Shown here: one piece after another, positions 26,001-36,815 of the stretch | Layout of the letters: every line of letters starts with the position of its first letter | How positions within the stretch are numbered: position 1 is the stretch's first letter | The notes under the pieces: generated by a model | The model's database searches: none | The model's input: the letters and a program-made list of their open reading frames with translations, nothing else | What the model was told of the DNA's origin: nothing | Assembly: GCF_963506605.1 (NCBI RefSeq) | Contig: NC_083276.1 | Span: 80,290,001 to 80,354,000 of the forward strand | Reading direction: 5' to 3' | Source of the DNA: Zootoca vivipara | Lineage: Eukaryota | Length of the DNA: 64,000 bases | Made by a program: the position numbers and the translations under genes

Positions 26001-26246
26001 AGGCTCCAATACTTTGGCCACCTCATGAGAAGAGAAGAATCCTTGGAAAAGACCCTGATGTTGGGAAAGATTGAGGGCACTAGGAGAAGGGGACGACAGA
26101 GGACAAGATGGTTGGACAGTGTTCTCGAAACTACGAACATGAGTTTGACCAAACTGCGGGAGGCAGTGCAAGACAGGAGTGCCTGGCGTGCTATGGTCCA
26201 TGGGGTCACGAAGAGTCGGACACGACTAAACGACTAAACAACAACA
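23025..26246 (+). mobile_element. Full-length Bov-B (RTE clade) LINE
   Basis: About 3.2 kb with a single long ORF and a 3' end gagtcggacacgactaaacgactaaacaacaaca ((CAA)n tail). The 12-bp TSD AAGCAGAGGCTT is at 23013-23024 and 26247-26258. Confidence 0.95.
23205..26237 (+). CDS. Bov-B endonuclease/reverse transcriptase ORF (1010 aa from first ATG)
   Basis: APE endonuclease motifs GTWNVRTM, GISE, QVYAPT, GDWNA, IDYIL and SDH are present. RT motifs YRTIALIS, QAGFR, FIDYAKAFD, GVRQGCILSP and YADD are present. There are no stops or frameshifts. The ORF-track start at 23136 is a TTG. Confidence 0.95.
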   Translation: MDKDNRHIKVMTLEDEPLRSEGVQHATEEERRTSTSRFRADEAAGPKPKGRSVADMPGSERKVRCCKEKYCIGTWNVRTMSGGKLDVVKNEMTRINIDILGISELKWKGMGEFSSGDYHIYYCGQESCSRNGVALIVNKRVAKAVMGCNLKNDRMISIRIQGRPFNITVIQVYAPTTGAEESEIDQFYEDLQQLLEMTPKKDVLLITGDWNAKVGNQEIKGTTGKFGLGVQNEAGQRLIEFCQENKLVITNTLFQQHKRRLYTWISPNGQHRNQIDYILCSQRWRSSIQSAKTRPGADCNSDHQLLIAKFQLKLKKVGKTTGPVRYNLNQIPYEYTVEVRNRFKDLDLVDRVPEELWMEARNIIQEAATKTIPRKRKCKKAKWLSNEALQIAEERRQAKCKGDRERYRKLNADFQKTARRDKRVFLNEQCKEIEENNRMGKTRDLFKKIGDMKGTFRTKITIIKDKSGKDLTEAEDIKKRWQEYTEELYQKDMEVSYTPGSVVADLEPDILESEVKWALESIANNKASGSDDIPAELFKILKDDAVKVLHPICQQVWKTQQWPEDWKRSVYIPIPKKGSAKECSNYRTIALISHASKVMLKILQGRLRQYVDRELPEVQAGFRKGRGTRDQIANMRWIMEKAREFQKNVYFCFIDYAKAFDCVDHSKLWQVLKEMGVPDHLICLLRNLYVGQEATVRTGYGTTDWFKIGKGVRQGCILSPCLFNLYAEFIMRKAGLDESQAGIKIAGRNINNLRYADDTTLMAESEEELKNLLMRVKEESAKYGLKLNIKKTKIMATGPITSWQIEGEEMEAVRDFTFLGSLITADGDSSHEIKRRLLLGRKAMTNLDSILKSRDITLPTKVRIVKAMVFPVAMYGSESWTIKKADRRRIDAFELWCWRRLLRVPWTARRSNLSILKGISPECSLEGQIVKLRLQYFGHLMRREESLEKTLMLGKIEGTRRRGRQRTRWLDSVLETTNMSLTKLREAVQDRSAWRAMVHGVTKSRTRLND

Positions 26247-26359
26247 AAGCAGAGGCTTGACAGGCATATGTCAAGAATGCTTTGATGGTGTTTCCTGCTT
26301 GGCAGGGGGTTGGACTGGATGGCCCTTGTGGTCTCTTCCAACTCTATGATTCTAATTTG

Positions 26360-27620
26360 CCGGGCACTTAGGCACCCAGGAAGTCCTTCATCTCTTTGAC
26401 GCAAGGGAAAACAGTAATGACGGGTGCACCTAGGTACATTGCAAAGGCAGAAGCAAACGAAGAGGCTTGTAAAGCATCCTTGAATTAGAACTTTCCCGGC
26501 TCGATTCCCCGCTGTGTTCATGCCGAGCAATATACTGTACAGTACTGTACAGATCTTGCCAAGAAAACTACATTTCCCAGAAACCTGTCGTGGCTGGGGC
26601 GATAGCTGGGCAGCGCCATAAACTGCGCCTAGACTCGGTGGGTCTTGCGTGCCTCCTGTCATGAGCAGAGACGATGGAGCTGAAGGGGACCAGGAGCTTT
26701 GGAACTACTTTTCCCGGCGCTCCCCGCGACTCAGGCGGAAGCGAGGTGTGAGCTCTTGCTTGTATTTCTCGGTTCTTCGGGTGCGTGGCCGCAGCTGGGT
26801 CGCGAAAGCAAACCTTGATCCTTGTGTACGCGCAATCCCTCTTGCGGTTGTTCCCAGGCGCTTCCCTGCAAGGGGCGATCACGCTACCCATTTATACGTT
26901 ATGCCATCTAGCAAGTGTAACTTCCTTATTGCTCCTCATAGTTGCTTTAATGGCGCGGTCGGGGGTGTGCATTGGGCAGCAGAACCTGCAGTGCTTGAAA
27001 CTCCTTGCAAGTTGCTCTCTGGAACTGCTGTGGGTTCAGCTTCGCTCGACAGCCTGGATCCAATAGATGTTTCGTGTGCTAGTTGAACAGAGATTCGATC
27101 GGGGATCCTGCAGCCCTGCAGGTGCTTCTGGACTCCAGCTCCCATCAGCCTCATCCACAAGGGGGAGGTGGCCTGGGTGATGGAAGTTGTAGTATCTGGA
27201 GAGCAGCAGGTGCCCCAGTTGTGCAAGGTAACTGTACTGTAAGTTGCTTACGAAGGCTGTTGCCGCAGCAAACCAATTTATCGCTTAAATGCCAGCAGCT
27301 TTCTTGCGGCAGAGCACTGGACGTCATGGGACTTTGTGCTTTATTGTTAACTTTATGAGGCTGGAGTTGGTTCCTTGTTCAGCACGCATGAGGGAGCAGC
27401 CTGAATGTGGAACTGACGTTTGCACACTTCTGCGCCTCGCGGTAAGCTGTCGGCAGCCGCGTTTCACCGCCAGCGCCGCGCCACCCCGAGAGACTGCCAG
27501 CTATAAGTAGTGCCAGCTTAGCATTCTCTCCCATCCAAGGTTTTTTTTTCTTCCATTGGCTGCCGTTATGTTCATTAAACCGAGCGACGGTGAAATTCAA
27601 AGCTAAAAGACGGGGTAGTT
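26360..27620 (+). promoter_or_regulatory. CYB561A3 CpG island promoter / non-coding first exon region
   Basis: CpG-dense, with ZNF143/THAP11-type motifs ACTACATTTCCCAGAAACC (26567-26585) and ACTACTTTTCCCGGCGCTCC (26704-26723), ETS GGCGGAAG at ~26734 and a possible donor near 26746. Confidence 0.6.
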
Positions 27621-28069
27621 TGTCACAAGTTAAATCTGTTCACCAGTCGATGCCAGAAATGATTCTAACTTAAATATCGACCCACAAGTGCTTAAAGTCC
27701 TCCGTCTCTTTGGAAGCAAAGGAAAGCAAAAGCAGCAAGCACCTGGTGCGATTTTCAAAAGGAGCTATTTTGCCTGGTAGTGCATCAGTGTTTATTAGTT
27801 CTTGTTGCAGTGGCCATTTTCTGCTCTTCCGTTTGACCCTGCTGATACTTACGGTAGCAGTAAAGCTATGAGACTGTAAGTAAAAAGGTTGATCATAAAA
27901 ATAAACGATTCTAGTCAGGTAGCTGGTCAAAACATGTTAGCAAAGCCATATTTTGAGTGAAACATTTCCAAAGTTGGCTGTAGTTTCTATGTATTTCTTA
28001 TCTTACAACTACTAACCCTTGATGTTTACACTTCCTTTCCTAAGGGAGTTTTAATACTTTGTTCTAAAT

Positions 28070-28205
28070 CAGGCATCCCCAAACTTCGGCCCTCCAGATG
28101 TTTTGGACTACAATTCCCATCTTCCCCTACCACTGGTCCTGTTAGCTAGGGATCATGGGAATTGTAGGCCAAAACATCTGGAGGGCCGCAGTTTGGGGGT
28201 GCCTG
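28070..28205. mobile_element. 136-bp palindromic hAT MITE
   Basis: Long TIRs CAGGCATCCCCAAAC...; 8-bp TSD TTCTAAAT at 28062-28069 and 28206-28213. Confidence 0.9.
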
Positions 28206-28365
28206 TTCTAAATCTATTGATGGGTTTGTGTGTGTGTGTGTGTGTGTACGTTGTTAATTAATTTGTGGGGTGAGAGAAATTCGTAAGTTCTTGGGTCCAA
28301 TAAAAGTTAGAATTAATCAAGGATTGGGGAGCTAAAACTGTCGAGCACTGAACCACTGGAATATT

Positions 28366-28427
<62 letters not shown>
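28366..28427. repeat. (AAC)n microsatellite, ~20 units
   Basis: Perfect trinucleotide run. Confidence 0.95.
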
Positions 28428-28428
<1 letters not shown>

Positions 28429-30052
28429 TCTATACTGTCCTTCATCCAAGGATCACAGGGCAGTTTAAAATATAAAGGCACCAAAATGCATGCCATAGTA
28501 ACAAACAAAAACACAGTAGTTACTCTGTGCTGGACAGCAGAGGGATGTGAGCCCCTCCTCCTTCTAGAGAGGTAGGTAGTAAGACAAAAGGCCATTTTTC
28601 AGTCGCAGTGGACTGATGTAAGCAAGAGGGAAAATAGTTTTGGGTGGGAAGCAGAGTCTATGGAGAAAAGGAGGTCACAGCACAATGTGGGCTGACAGTT
28701 TGAATCCAACGTGGCAGCAATGGTAGAAACAGCCCTCCTGAACTGTAAAACTCCTCCATATAATTGTGGGAACTGTAGTTTGTTAAGGGTGCTGTGAATT
28801 GTAGCCCAGTGAGAGGCAAGCTACAATTCCCAAGCTTATTTTGAGGAAGCCATGAGCTTTGAATGTATGGTATGGGCGTGACCCCAAACTGAACTGGCAA
28901 CTTTAAACAATTTTTTGTGGGCTGTGCCCCCACAGAAATCACACAGGACACAGCTGCTTAGCAGCTTTCACTTTTGCATCAGCACATTTTCCTCTTGGTG
29001 TACATGGTGAGTTAATGGCGCAAATGTTTCAGTAGAGCTCTCCAGTTCATGAGAAGGTGCTAGTAGAAGTTGTCAGCCATCCAAACTGAGAGTCTGGCTG
29101 CAGTTAGACAAGAGACTTGTAAATAAAAAAAAAAAAGACCCTAGATTGTCATTCACTTAACTTCCAGCCCACCTTTGCACTGTGAAGAGCGATGTTTCAG
29201 TCATTGCCACGGTCTTTTAATGCGCACACTCTGCAAGCTTCTCACTTCTGTCTTGAAAGCAGAAGTTGGGGTGATCTTGTGACCGTTGTCTCCCTCCAGA
29301 ACCCAGTGGTTGCAGGTGCAGCATCTGTGCAGGGCTGCTGGGTTGGTATAAAAAGTCTGTGGTTTGCACCTTTCAGTGTGGGGAAAGTTCATAAATAAAA
29401 CTGAAAACTAATGTGGGGCTATTTGTTTTCATATGCAATTGGCTGCAGTGACCTTTATTTTTGTCTGAAACTCAGCTATGGCTCTTAGATCAAGTTGGAT
29501 CCAGTAGTAGCCCATCTAACTTCACTTTATGAGTGCCAGTGTTGCTTACACAAGTTTGCCTTGGTCCACAGAAGAGCCTTGGATATCAGAGTTGGACATA
29601 ACACATGGTATCTGCTGCCTAACTAGATTTAACTAAATTTGAGTTGCATCCTGCCAGATCATATGATTAATTCGTTGTAGGTTCTGGTTCCTGATCAACA
29701 ACTGTGGGGCTGTTTTGTTTCCCTGGAAACTTTCTCTTCAGTAACATGTGTACTCGTGTGGTGTTTCTGTGCGACTTGGCTTTGGGAATTATGGAATCAT
29801 CAGTACCATTTACTTTCCAAAGGAAGTCGTTGAGCCTCCTTCTTTTAGTGGACAGGGGCTGCAGACAGTAGAAGCCCCTGCCTGCTGACACAGTTGGATA
29901 TAGTCTTTGAGGTGTGTTATCCCATTGGACAAGCTGCTGGTAACTGCTGACCTTGACTTTTGAGAGAATAGTGGTTAGAATGTGAATTGCCTGCACCAGC
30001 CTGGGGAAATTCCAGATCTACCTTCCACTTAGCTGTGAAGTTTTGATGTTTC

Positions 30053-30521
30053 TTTCTTTTTTTATTTTAAAATAATCTTTATTGATTAAAAATAAAAATA
30101 AAACAATACATCCAACTCTGATAAAACAAAGCAAATACACAAATAATCCATCATATAAATCCAAATATAGTTTAACCTATCTTCTACAATATTCTTAACT
30201 TATACCTTTTCATAATCACCTATATTCTTATCTTCTTATACATTTCGACTTCCCCTTCTCTTCCTTCCTGGCTTCAAATTTATAATCGTTTTTGCTGCTT
30301 TTGCTTATCTTCCTCTTGGGAACTTTACAAGATATTTGTCTTAAACCCAAGTTCCTTTATTCCAAATTTTTCCCAATTTTCTTTAAATTTTTTGTTCGAA
30401 CCACCCCTTATCAAGTTTGTCAATTTGGCCAAATTGATGTAGCTGATTATTTTCTCCTGCCACTCTCTTATAGTTGGGACTTCCTGGCTTCTCCATAATT
30501 TAGCAATTAAAGTTCTTGCTG
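30053..30521 (-). mobile_element. 5'-truncated L1-type LINE
   Basis: An A-rich tail on the minus strand, an ORF2 C-terminus-like peptide LIAKLWRSQEVPTIREWQEKI, and a 16-bp TSD GAAGTTTTGATGTTTC at 30037-30052 and 30522-30537. Confidence 0.75.
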
Positions 30522-30783
30522 GAAGTTTTGATGTTTCATGGTCTGTGGTGGTCATACTATTGAAATCAGTTCCTCTGACCCAGCGTCTGGGACTCCACCC
30601 TATTTTGGGTTACAAAACTATGTGACAGAAAAGCAGTTCTCTGCTGAAGGGAGGAAAGCAGAACTAGGTAGTAAGGAAAGGGAGGAGGCAAAAACATTGC
30701 TGGTGCCGGAACCAGCAGATGGTTGGAGAGCTTTTACAGCTAGCTGGTGTCTTGCCTTCTCAGGTGTGCTCCCTGTGAACAGA

Positions 30784-32458
30784 ATGATGCCCAGAGTCTC
30801 ATTCTTGCTGCTCACAACCCTACTGGGAATTCTGGGGATCTTGTGTGTGGTGTTCACAGTCTACTGGACCCAACACTGGCTTGGTGGCTTTGCCTGGGAT
30901 GGTTCTTCTAAGATGTTTAACTGGCATCCAGTTTTCATGGTAACAGGCATGTTGGTCTTGACTGGTGCAGGTAAGTGAAAAGAGGATCCAATCCTTTTCT
31001 GATTTCCCCTCCTCCTGCCCCAGTATCAGAGCCGATATTAACATCCTATATCCTTTTAAGTGTGTTTGTGGGAAGGGGGGGGGGTTGTTTTATTATGTAT
31101 TTTGTGTTTTTATCTTATGTGAACCACCATCATCGGATGAAGGGCAGTATACGAAACAAGCAAACCTGGGCTAATCAGTGACTTGGCTATTTTGGGGGGA
31201 TGTGGGGAGGGTACCTGAGCCACCCTGGCTCTAGTGACTTCTCCCCCTTTCTCTCTTCCAGCAGTGCTAGTGTATCGCGTGCCCCTCTCTTGGTCGGGGC
31301 CCAAGCTGCCATGGAAGCTGTTGCATGCAGGATTGACCTTGGCAGCATTCATCCTAATTGTCCTGGGACTGGTGGCCGTCTTTGAATATCACAACAAACA
31401 GGGCATTGCCAACATGTACTCCCTACACAGCTGGCTAGGGCTTGGCGCTGTGCTGCTCTTCTCCTGTCAGGTGGGTAAGAACCTAAGAAGCTGTAGCTTG
31501 GTGGCAGAGCACATACTTTGCATTGGGTGTGGCGGACATTCACACCTCCAGATGTTGCTGGACGACATTTCTCATCATCCCTGAGTATTGGCCATCCTTG
31601 CTAGGGCAAATGGGAGTTGCTGCGCTGCAACATCTGAGGGCCAAATATCCCCCCACCCCTGTTTTACATGCAGAGGGTACTTGATTCAGTCCCAGTCACT
31701 TTTATGTAGGGCTGGAGCAGGGGAAAACCTGTCTGAAACCGCCGCTTTTAGTGTTTGGGAGGGATACAAAAAACTTCAGGTTTGTTGGATCTACTTTGTT
31801 TTTTGTTTGTTGGTTTTTTTTTACAAGAATCCCAAGAGCTACCAACCAGAGTTAGGTGCAAAAGACATATTTGGAATTAAATAAGGTGGTTGCTTCCTAG
31901 CACAATCTCAGCCCATGAATCCCAGTACTGGGAAAGTTGCCATTTGTAGATCTAACCTCCTTGAATTCATCGTCATACTTCTAAAAGCAAAGTATTTTGG
32001 TGTGTTGTCACCTGTGCTTTTTTTCTGGGGGGACGCAGGGATACGCATACCCCTAAACATTTTGTGAATTTAAGTTTGGCCTCATTGAGGGGCAGTATTT
32101 CAGTATGAGTAGGAAAATGAGAGTACGCCTAGGACTATGCAGAATTAGACAAAATGACAGGAAGAATTTGAATCCGGCGGGATCAGAAGTTCCTAGAAGA
32201 TTGGAGTAAATATATGAACTATTTGGAAAATCAATTGTAAACAATTGAATATGCTAGTGGGACTGCAATAAGTTGTAAGGAGGACTATATGAAATATTTC
32301 AGATAAAACTCATGAAAAGTACTAGTAGTTATGGAAGTTAAAGTAATAGTGAAAAATGAAATGCAGGACTAAGTGAGAAGATTGAAAATCACTAGACGTA
32401 GTTGATGGAAGTCCAAAAAAATGTTGTATAAGATAAGATGTTATGTGGAGTTTGGAAA

Positions 32459-32493
<35 letters not shown>

Positions 32494-35400
32494 AATGAGA
32501 GTAACCTTAAACTTTTTTTAAAAGAAAAAAGCACTGGTTGTCACCCACATTGCATAGAAGATATACTTTTGTCTTAAACCTGCTGCCTGACACTTCCTGT
32601 ATTTTGTGAGAGTGAATAATTTGTTGTAGCCACCCTTTTCATAAATATTAGGTTTCCCCCCTCTTGGGTAATCCCCTCCCCCTCCCCCACTTAATCCCTT
32701 CACCATGTGCACATGTGGTATTAAAAGTTTGTTTCAAACATTTTATTTATTTTATTTAAAAAGTTATCTGTAAAAGCGCAGTAGATATTTGAAAAAAAAA
32801 TTAACCTAAATTGTTCTCTGGTGGCTGTCTATCTCTCTCCCCCCCCAAGCTCGCCTAGCTAGATTTTAGATCATGAATATAATTAAACAAATACTTCTGC
32901 AAATCTGGTTGCCACATTACTTGTGCTCAGTCCCTGTGCAGATACCATGCTGGGCCCCTCCTCCAATATTTGTTTCTGAAAAGATCCCAATTTCTTATCT
33001 CTTCCATCCAGTGGGCCATGGGCTTTGCGTCCTTCTTGCTGCCTTGGGCTCCCACCTGGTTCCGAGCCTTGTACAAGCCCATCCATGTCTTCTTTGGCTC
33101 TGCCATCCTCCCTTTAGTTGTGGCCGCCTGCATCTCGGGCATCAATGAGAAGCTTTTCTTCAAACTGTGAGTAGCAGAACAGAGAGGGCTTGATACTGGG
33201 AGGAGGAAACAGTCCGCGCTAAAAAGACAATGGATAATATGTTGCTGGTTATTTATACTGGAGAGAGTTGGTAGTCTTCTGGGGTACAAATAATGAGGGG
33301 TGAAGAGGAAGCTGCTCAGTCTGGTCCAGATCGATAGCAGTCATTATAAAATTTGAAAGCAATGACAGCTTGTAGACCAGGAATGAGGAACATATAGTTC
33401 AGCAATATTTGGAAGGCCGCTGGTTCCCCATCCCTGTTTTAGAGGTACAGAAGGGAAATGTGTCCATGAGGCAATGGGGAACCTAAAAAGGCAGTTAAGC
33501 CGCATGTAGTAGCAGCAGCAGACAGGAATGAGGAGCTAGTGTCTGGAGGCTTGTAATGTGAAGATAATGTTCTGCTCAATAGGTCATTCTACCCGTTTCA
33601 TTGACTATAAGCTGTGCTCCAGCCTCAAGCCCAAATGCATTGCTTGGGTGTCTGGGACAGCAGAATGGCTGTTGGAGCAAAGCTACATATAGTGAAAGAG
33701 ATTACGTGGCTTAATATGGATTGTTGGCACTCTCCAGATATTTCCTTCTTCATGGGTCTCTGGGAAGGTGTTTGTGGTGCTATTGGCTTTTCATCAAGCA
33801 TTTTTGCTTTCTGTCTGTACTTTTAGAACAAACACAACCACACCCTACTCTCAGCTTCCTGCAGAGGCATGGTTTGCCAACATATTGGGGATGCTGATCC
33901 TGGTCTTTGGACTACTGGTGTTGTTTGCCCTTGCCATGCCAGCATGGAAGCGTCCAGATGTGAATTTCCAAGATACCCAAGAGGTGGTATTATTATTATT
34001 ATTAGCCTTTAAAATTTATTTATTTTACTACAACTATTTCCTGCCTATCCTTCAAGGCAGCACACAAGGTTTTCTGTCTCCCCCACTACAATTTATCCTA
34101 ACAAAAGCCCTGTGAGGCAGGTTAGGCTAAGAGCGACTGGCCAGAGTCACCCACTGAGCTACATGGTTGAGAGGGAATCTGAACCTGGATCTTCTTGGTT
34201 TAGTCTAGCACTCTAGTCATAGAATCATAGAATCGTAGAGTTGGAAGAGACCACGAGGGCCATCCAGTCCAACCCCCTGCCGAGCAGGAAACACCATCAA
34301 AGCATTCTTGACATATGCCTGTCAAGCCTCTGCTTAAAGACCTCCAAAGAAGGAGACTCCACCACACTCCTTGGTAGCAAATTCCACTGCCGAACAGCTC
34401 TTACTGTCAGGAAGTTCTTCCTAATGTTTAGGTGGAATTTTATCACTACACTATATTGGCTCAAACCCACCCAAGATGTATTGTGGATTGTAATTCATGT
34501 CTGTTGAGTTTGAATGGTAGTGTGTACTAGCTTGGACAAAGTAGCAGAGGGATGGGGGAATACTTTTTTTAAAAAAAATGAAACTCTTGTTCAACTGTTG
34601 TTAGGATGAGAGCAATGTATTTTCACTGTGTACACACAAGTTTCAAGTAGATTTGGTGCATCCCAAGTTTACATGTTTTTTTCTGTCATCCGCATGATTT
34701 TATCCTCCTTCAAGTAGAAACTTGCACCACCTCCCAATAATTCAGATTTACCTGATACACAGATAATGCAGTAAGGGGGGGAAATCCAACATAAAACCAC
34801 ATGCTACACAAATATGAATATACTACTGTAAAGCATATATGGTGACACCCATATATGTACGTGTGTGATGATGCTTTTCTGGGTGTCATGTTTTCATCAT
34901 CAACTCTACTTCTGATGACAAGGCAGTTCTCAATGGGCTTCTGGTGGGGCTGAGTATGACATCATATATGCTTTTTTCCTTTTCCTTTTTTAAAAAAAAA
35001 TCTGCTGTTTTCCGCAAATCTAGTATATCAGAAAACTTGTATCTATATTTCTTTTAATGGCAGTGCACACAAGTAAGCAAATACCTGTGGAAATGCTCAT
35101 AATGGACCACAGGTGTCCTTAAGTCAGAGAGGGGTTCTATAAGTACTAATGGGGAAGTACTAATTGAGGAGAGGGGGAACTATAACACATAGTATGAGTA
35201 TTAGGGTGATGACTTTTTTACAACCTCATTTCCCTGTATCATAATTTGATGAGCTTTCATTAAAGATTAGATAAAATCTTACTTTCAAAGAGATTTGATT
35301 TTAAAAAAACCTCACGCAGAAAATGATTTAAAAAATTTTATTTATCAGTTTTTTGACCAATTTTTGAAGTCATTGTAAGCAGTTATAAAATTGAACCCAA

Positions 35401-36695
35401 GCTTTAGAGTCACATATATACAACATTATTTAGGGTCATCAAACACACAAGGAAGCTTTTTTTAGCTGCAGTAACAGTATAGACGTCGCTAGAGGACGAT
35501 GTTTTGCTACCTCTCCTGTAGGTTATTTTCCCAGCATGCCCGGCGGGGTCTGCTGGCTGAGTTTTGAGGTCCCAAAAAGGGGCTTTTACCTTGCGCAGGT
35601 GTGACTTTTGTATATCCTATGTTGCTAAGAACACTCCCCATTGTGGAATGTGGTGTTGTGTCCAAATTTGATACAAAATATATATTGAATTGTTAATCCA
35701 GTTTTATGAAATGGTAGTAAAACGGCATACAAAAAAAATAAAAATGGTTTGTGCGTGACCTTTTTAAATATTTCAATGGAATATACCTAATTTTAGTCAT
35801 TAATAGGCAAAAGTTCATCCATTTGTGCTACAGGAAATAATTTTTGGGAAAAAAAGAGAAAAGGTCATCACCCTAATGAGTATAGCCCATCAAGAACTGA
35901 CCGATAGTATGGACAGGAGACATTAAACTTCATTAGATTATGGTTTGTGGGGTTTTTGGTTTTATTATATATATATAGAAAGAACTGAACAGTGGGGCGT
36001 GTTTATGAGATGTCATTATCGGTTAATGATAAGACATGTTCCTTGTGGATTAATTATTAGTCTGACTGGCTTTCATCCATTCTCTGTCCTCTTCCCCCAT
36101 AGCCTCCGTGGGTTTATATTACAGAACATTTGTTTTGACAACACAGACATAGAATGAGACGTGTGTATAGTAGTGGAACTTATCCCTGGCAAAAGGAGCC
36201 ACAGTATGGGAGCTAAATCCTAGAAATCTGGTCTGAATTTTCTCCGCAAGAGGGCTAGACTGAACATCATAAGCAATAGACAATATGTTCTGAGAGAGTT
36301 CAATATCCAAGGAAAAATTAACATATTAACAAAGACCTACATTGGCTCCCAGTACGTTTCCAAACACAATTCAAAGTGTTGGTGTTGACCTTTAAAGCCC
36401 TAAACGGCCTCGGTCCAGTATACCTGAAGGAGCGTCTCCATCCCCATCGTTTTGCCCGGACACTGAGGTCCAGCGCCAAGGGCCTTCTGGCGGTTCCCTC
36501 ACTGCGAGAAGCAAAGCTACAGGGAACCAGGCAGAGGGCCTTTTCGGTAGTGGCGCCCACCCTGTGGAATGCCCTCCCATCAGATGTCAAAGAAATTTTC
36601 TGGGAAGTTTTTAATGTGTAACATTTTAATGTATTTTAATTTTCTGTTGGAAGCTGCCCAGAGTGGCTGGGGAAACCCAGCCAGACGGGCGGGGT

Positions 36696-36730
<35 letters not shown>

Positions 36731-36815
36731 TAAGATAGAAAGCTTTTGGAATAAAGCTTTATTATTTACTTCTGGTGTTCTTTTTCTACAGCCCTTGCTA
36801 CAGGAAGATAAATGA
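30784..36815 (+). CDS. CYB561A3: Lysosomal ascorbate-dependent ferrireductase cytochrome b561 A3, 243 aa
   Basis: Exons 30784-30970, 31262-31470, 33012-33166, 33827-33983 and 36792-36815 total 732 nt. Motifs include FNWHP, WKLLHA, NMYSLHSWLG, KPIHVFFG, SGINEKLFF, WKRP and a C-terminal PLL. Synteny between TMEM138 and TKFC supports the call. Confidence 0.93.
32012..32536. mobile_element. hAT MITE interrupted by an L1-type 3' fragment (~32132-32492)
   Basis: Ends c(t)gtgcttttttt / aaaaaagcactg with an 8-bp TSD GTTGTCAC (32004-32011 and 32537-32544). The inner insert is bounded by duplicated aaatgagagta. Confidence 0.7.
34075..34461 (-). mobile_element. tRNA-derived SINE interrupted by CR1
   Basis: The reverse strand reads agccaatatagtgtagtga...tagagtgctagacta...ggttcagattcc...cctcacagggc...taggataaa. 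Its tRNA-like head is split by the CR1 at 34217-34440. Confidence 0.65.
34217..34440 (-). mobile_element. CR1 LINE 3' fragment
   Basis: tcatagaatcatagaatcgtagagttggaagagacc... is the reverse complement of the CR1 (ATTCTRTG)n terminus. Confidence 0.85.
35202..35875. mobile_element. 674-bp non-autonomous hAT DNA transposon
   Basis: TIRs TAGGGTGATGAC / GTCATCACCCTA; 8-bp TSD ATGAGTAT at 35194-35201 and 35876-35883. Confidence 0.85.
36320..36732 (+). mobile_element. L2 LINE 3' fragment with (CAAT)n tail
   Basis: Encodes ORF2 C-terminus-like LHWLPV and FKALNGLGPVYL...RAFSVVAPTLWNALP. It ends about 60 bp upstream of the last CYB561A3 exon. Confidence 0.85.

Larger units (their letters stand above)
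22959..26354 (+). mobile_element. CR1 3' fragment split by the Bov-B insertion (22959-23024 and 26247-26354)
   Basis: The joined halves closely match the uninterrupted reverse-strand copy at 34217-34440 and end in ...ttccaactctatgattcta. Confidence 0.85.

Noticed and set aside
23081-26209. Several 130-190 aa minus-strand ORFs over the Bov-B
   Set aside because: These are antisense shadows of the RT ORF with no independent motifs.
28258-28595. Poly-Val / poly-Leu ORFs
   Set aside because: They are translations of the (AAC)n microsatellite.
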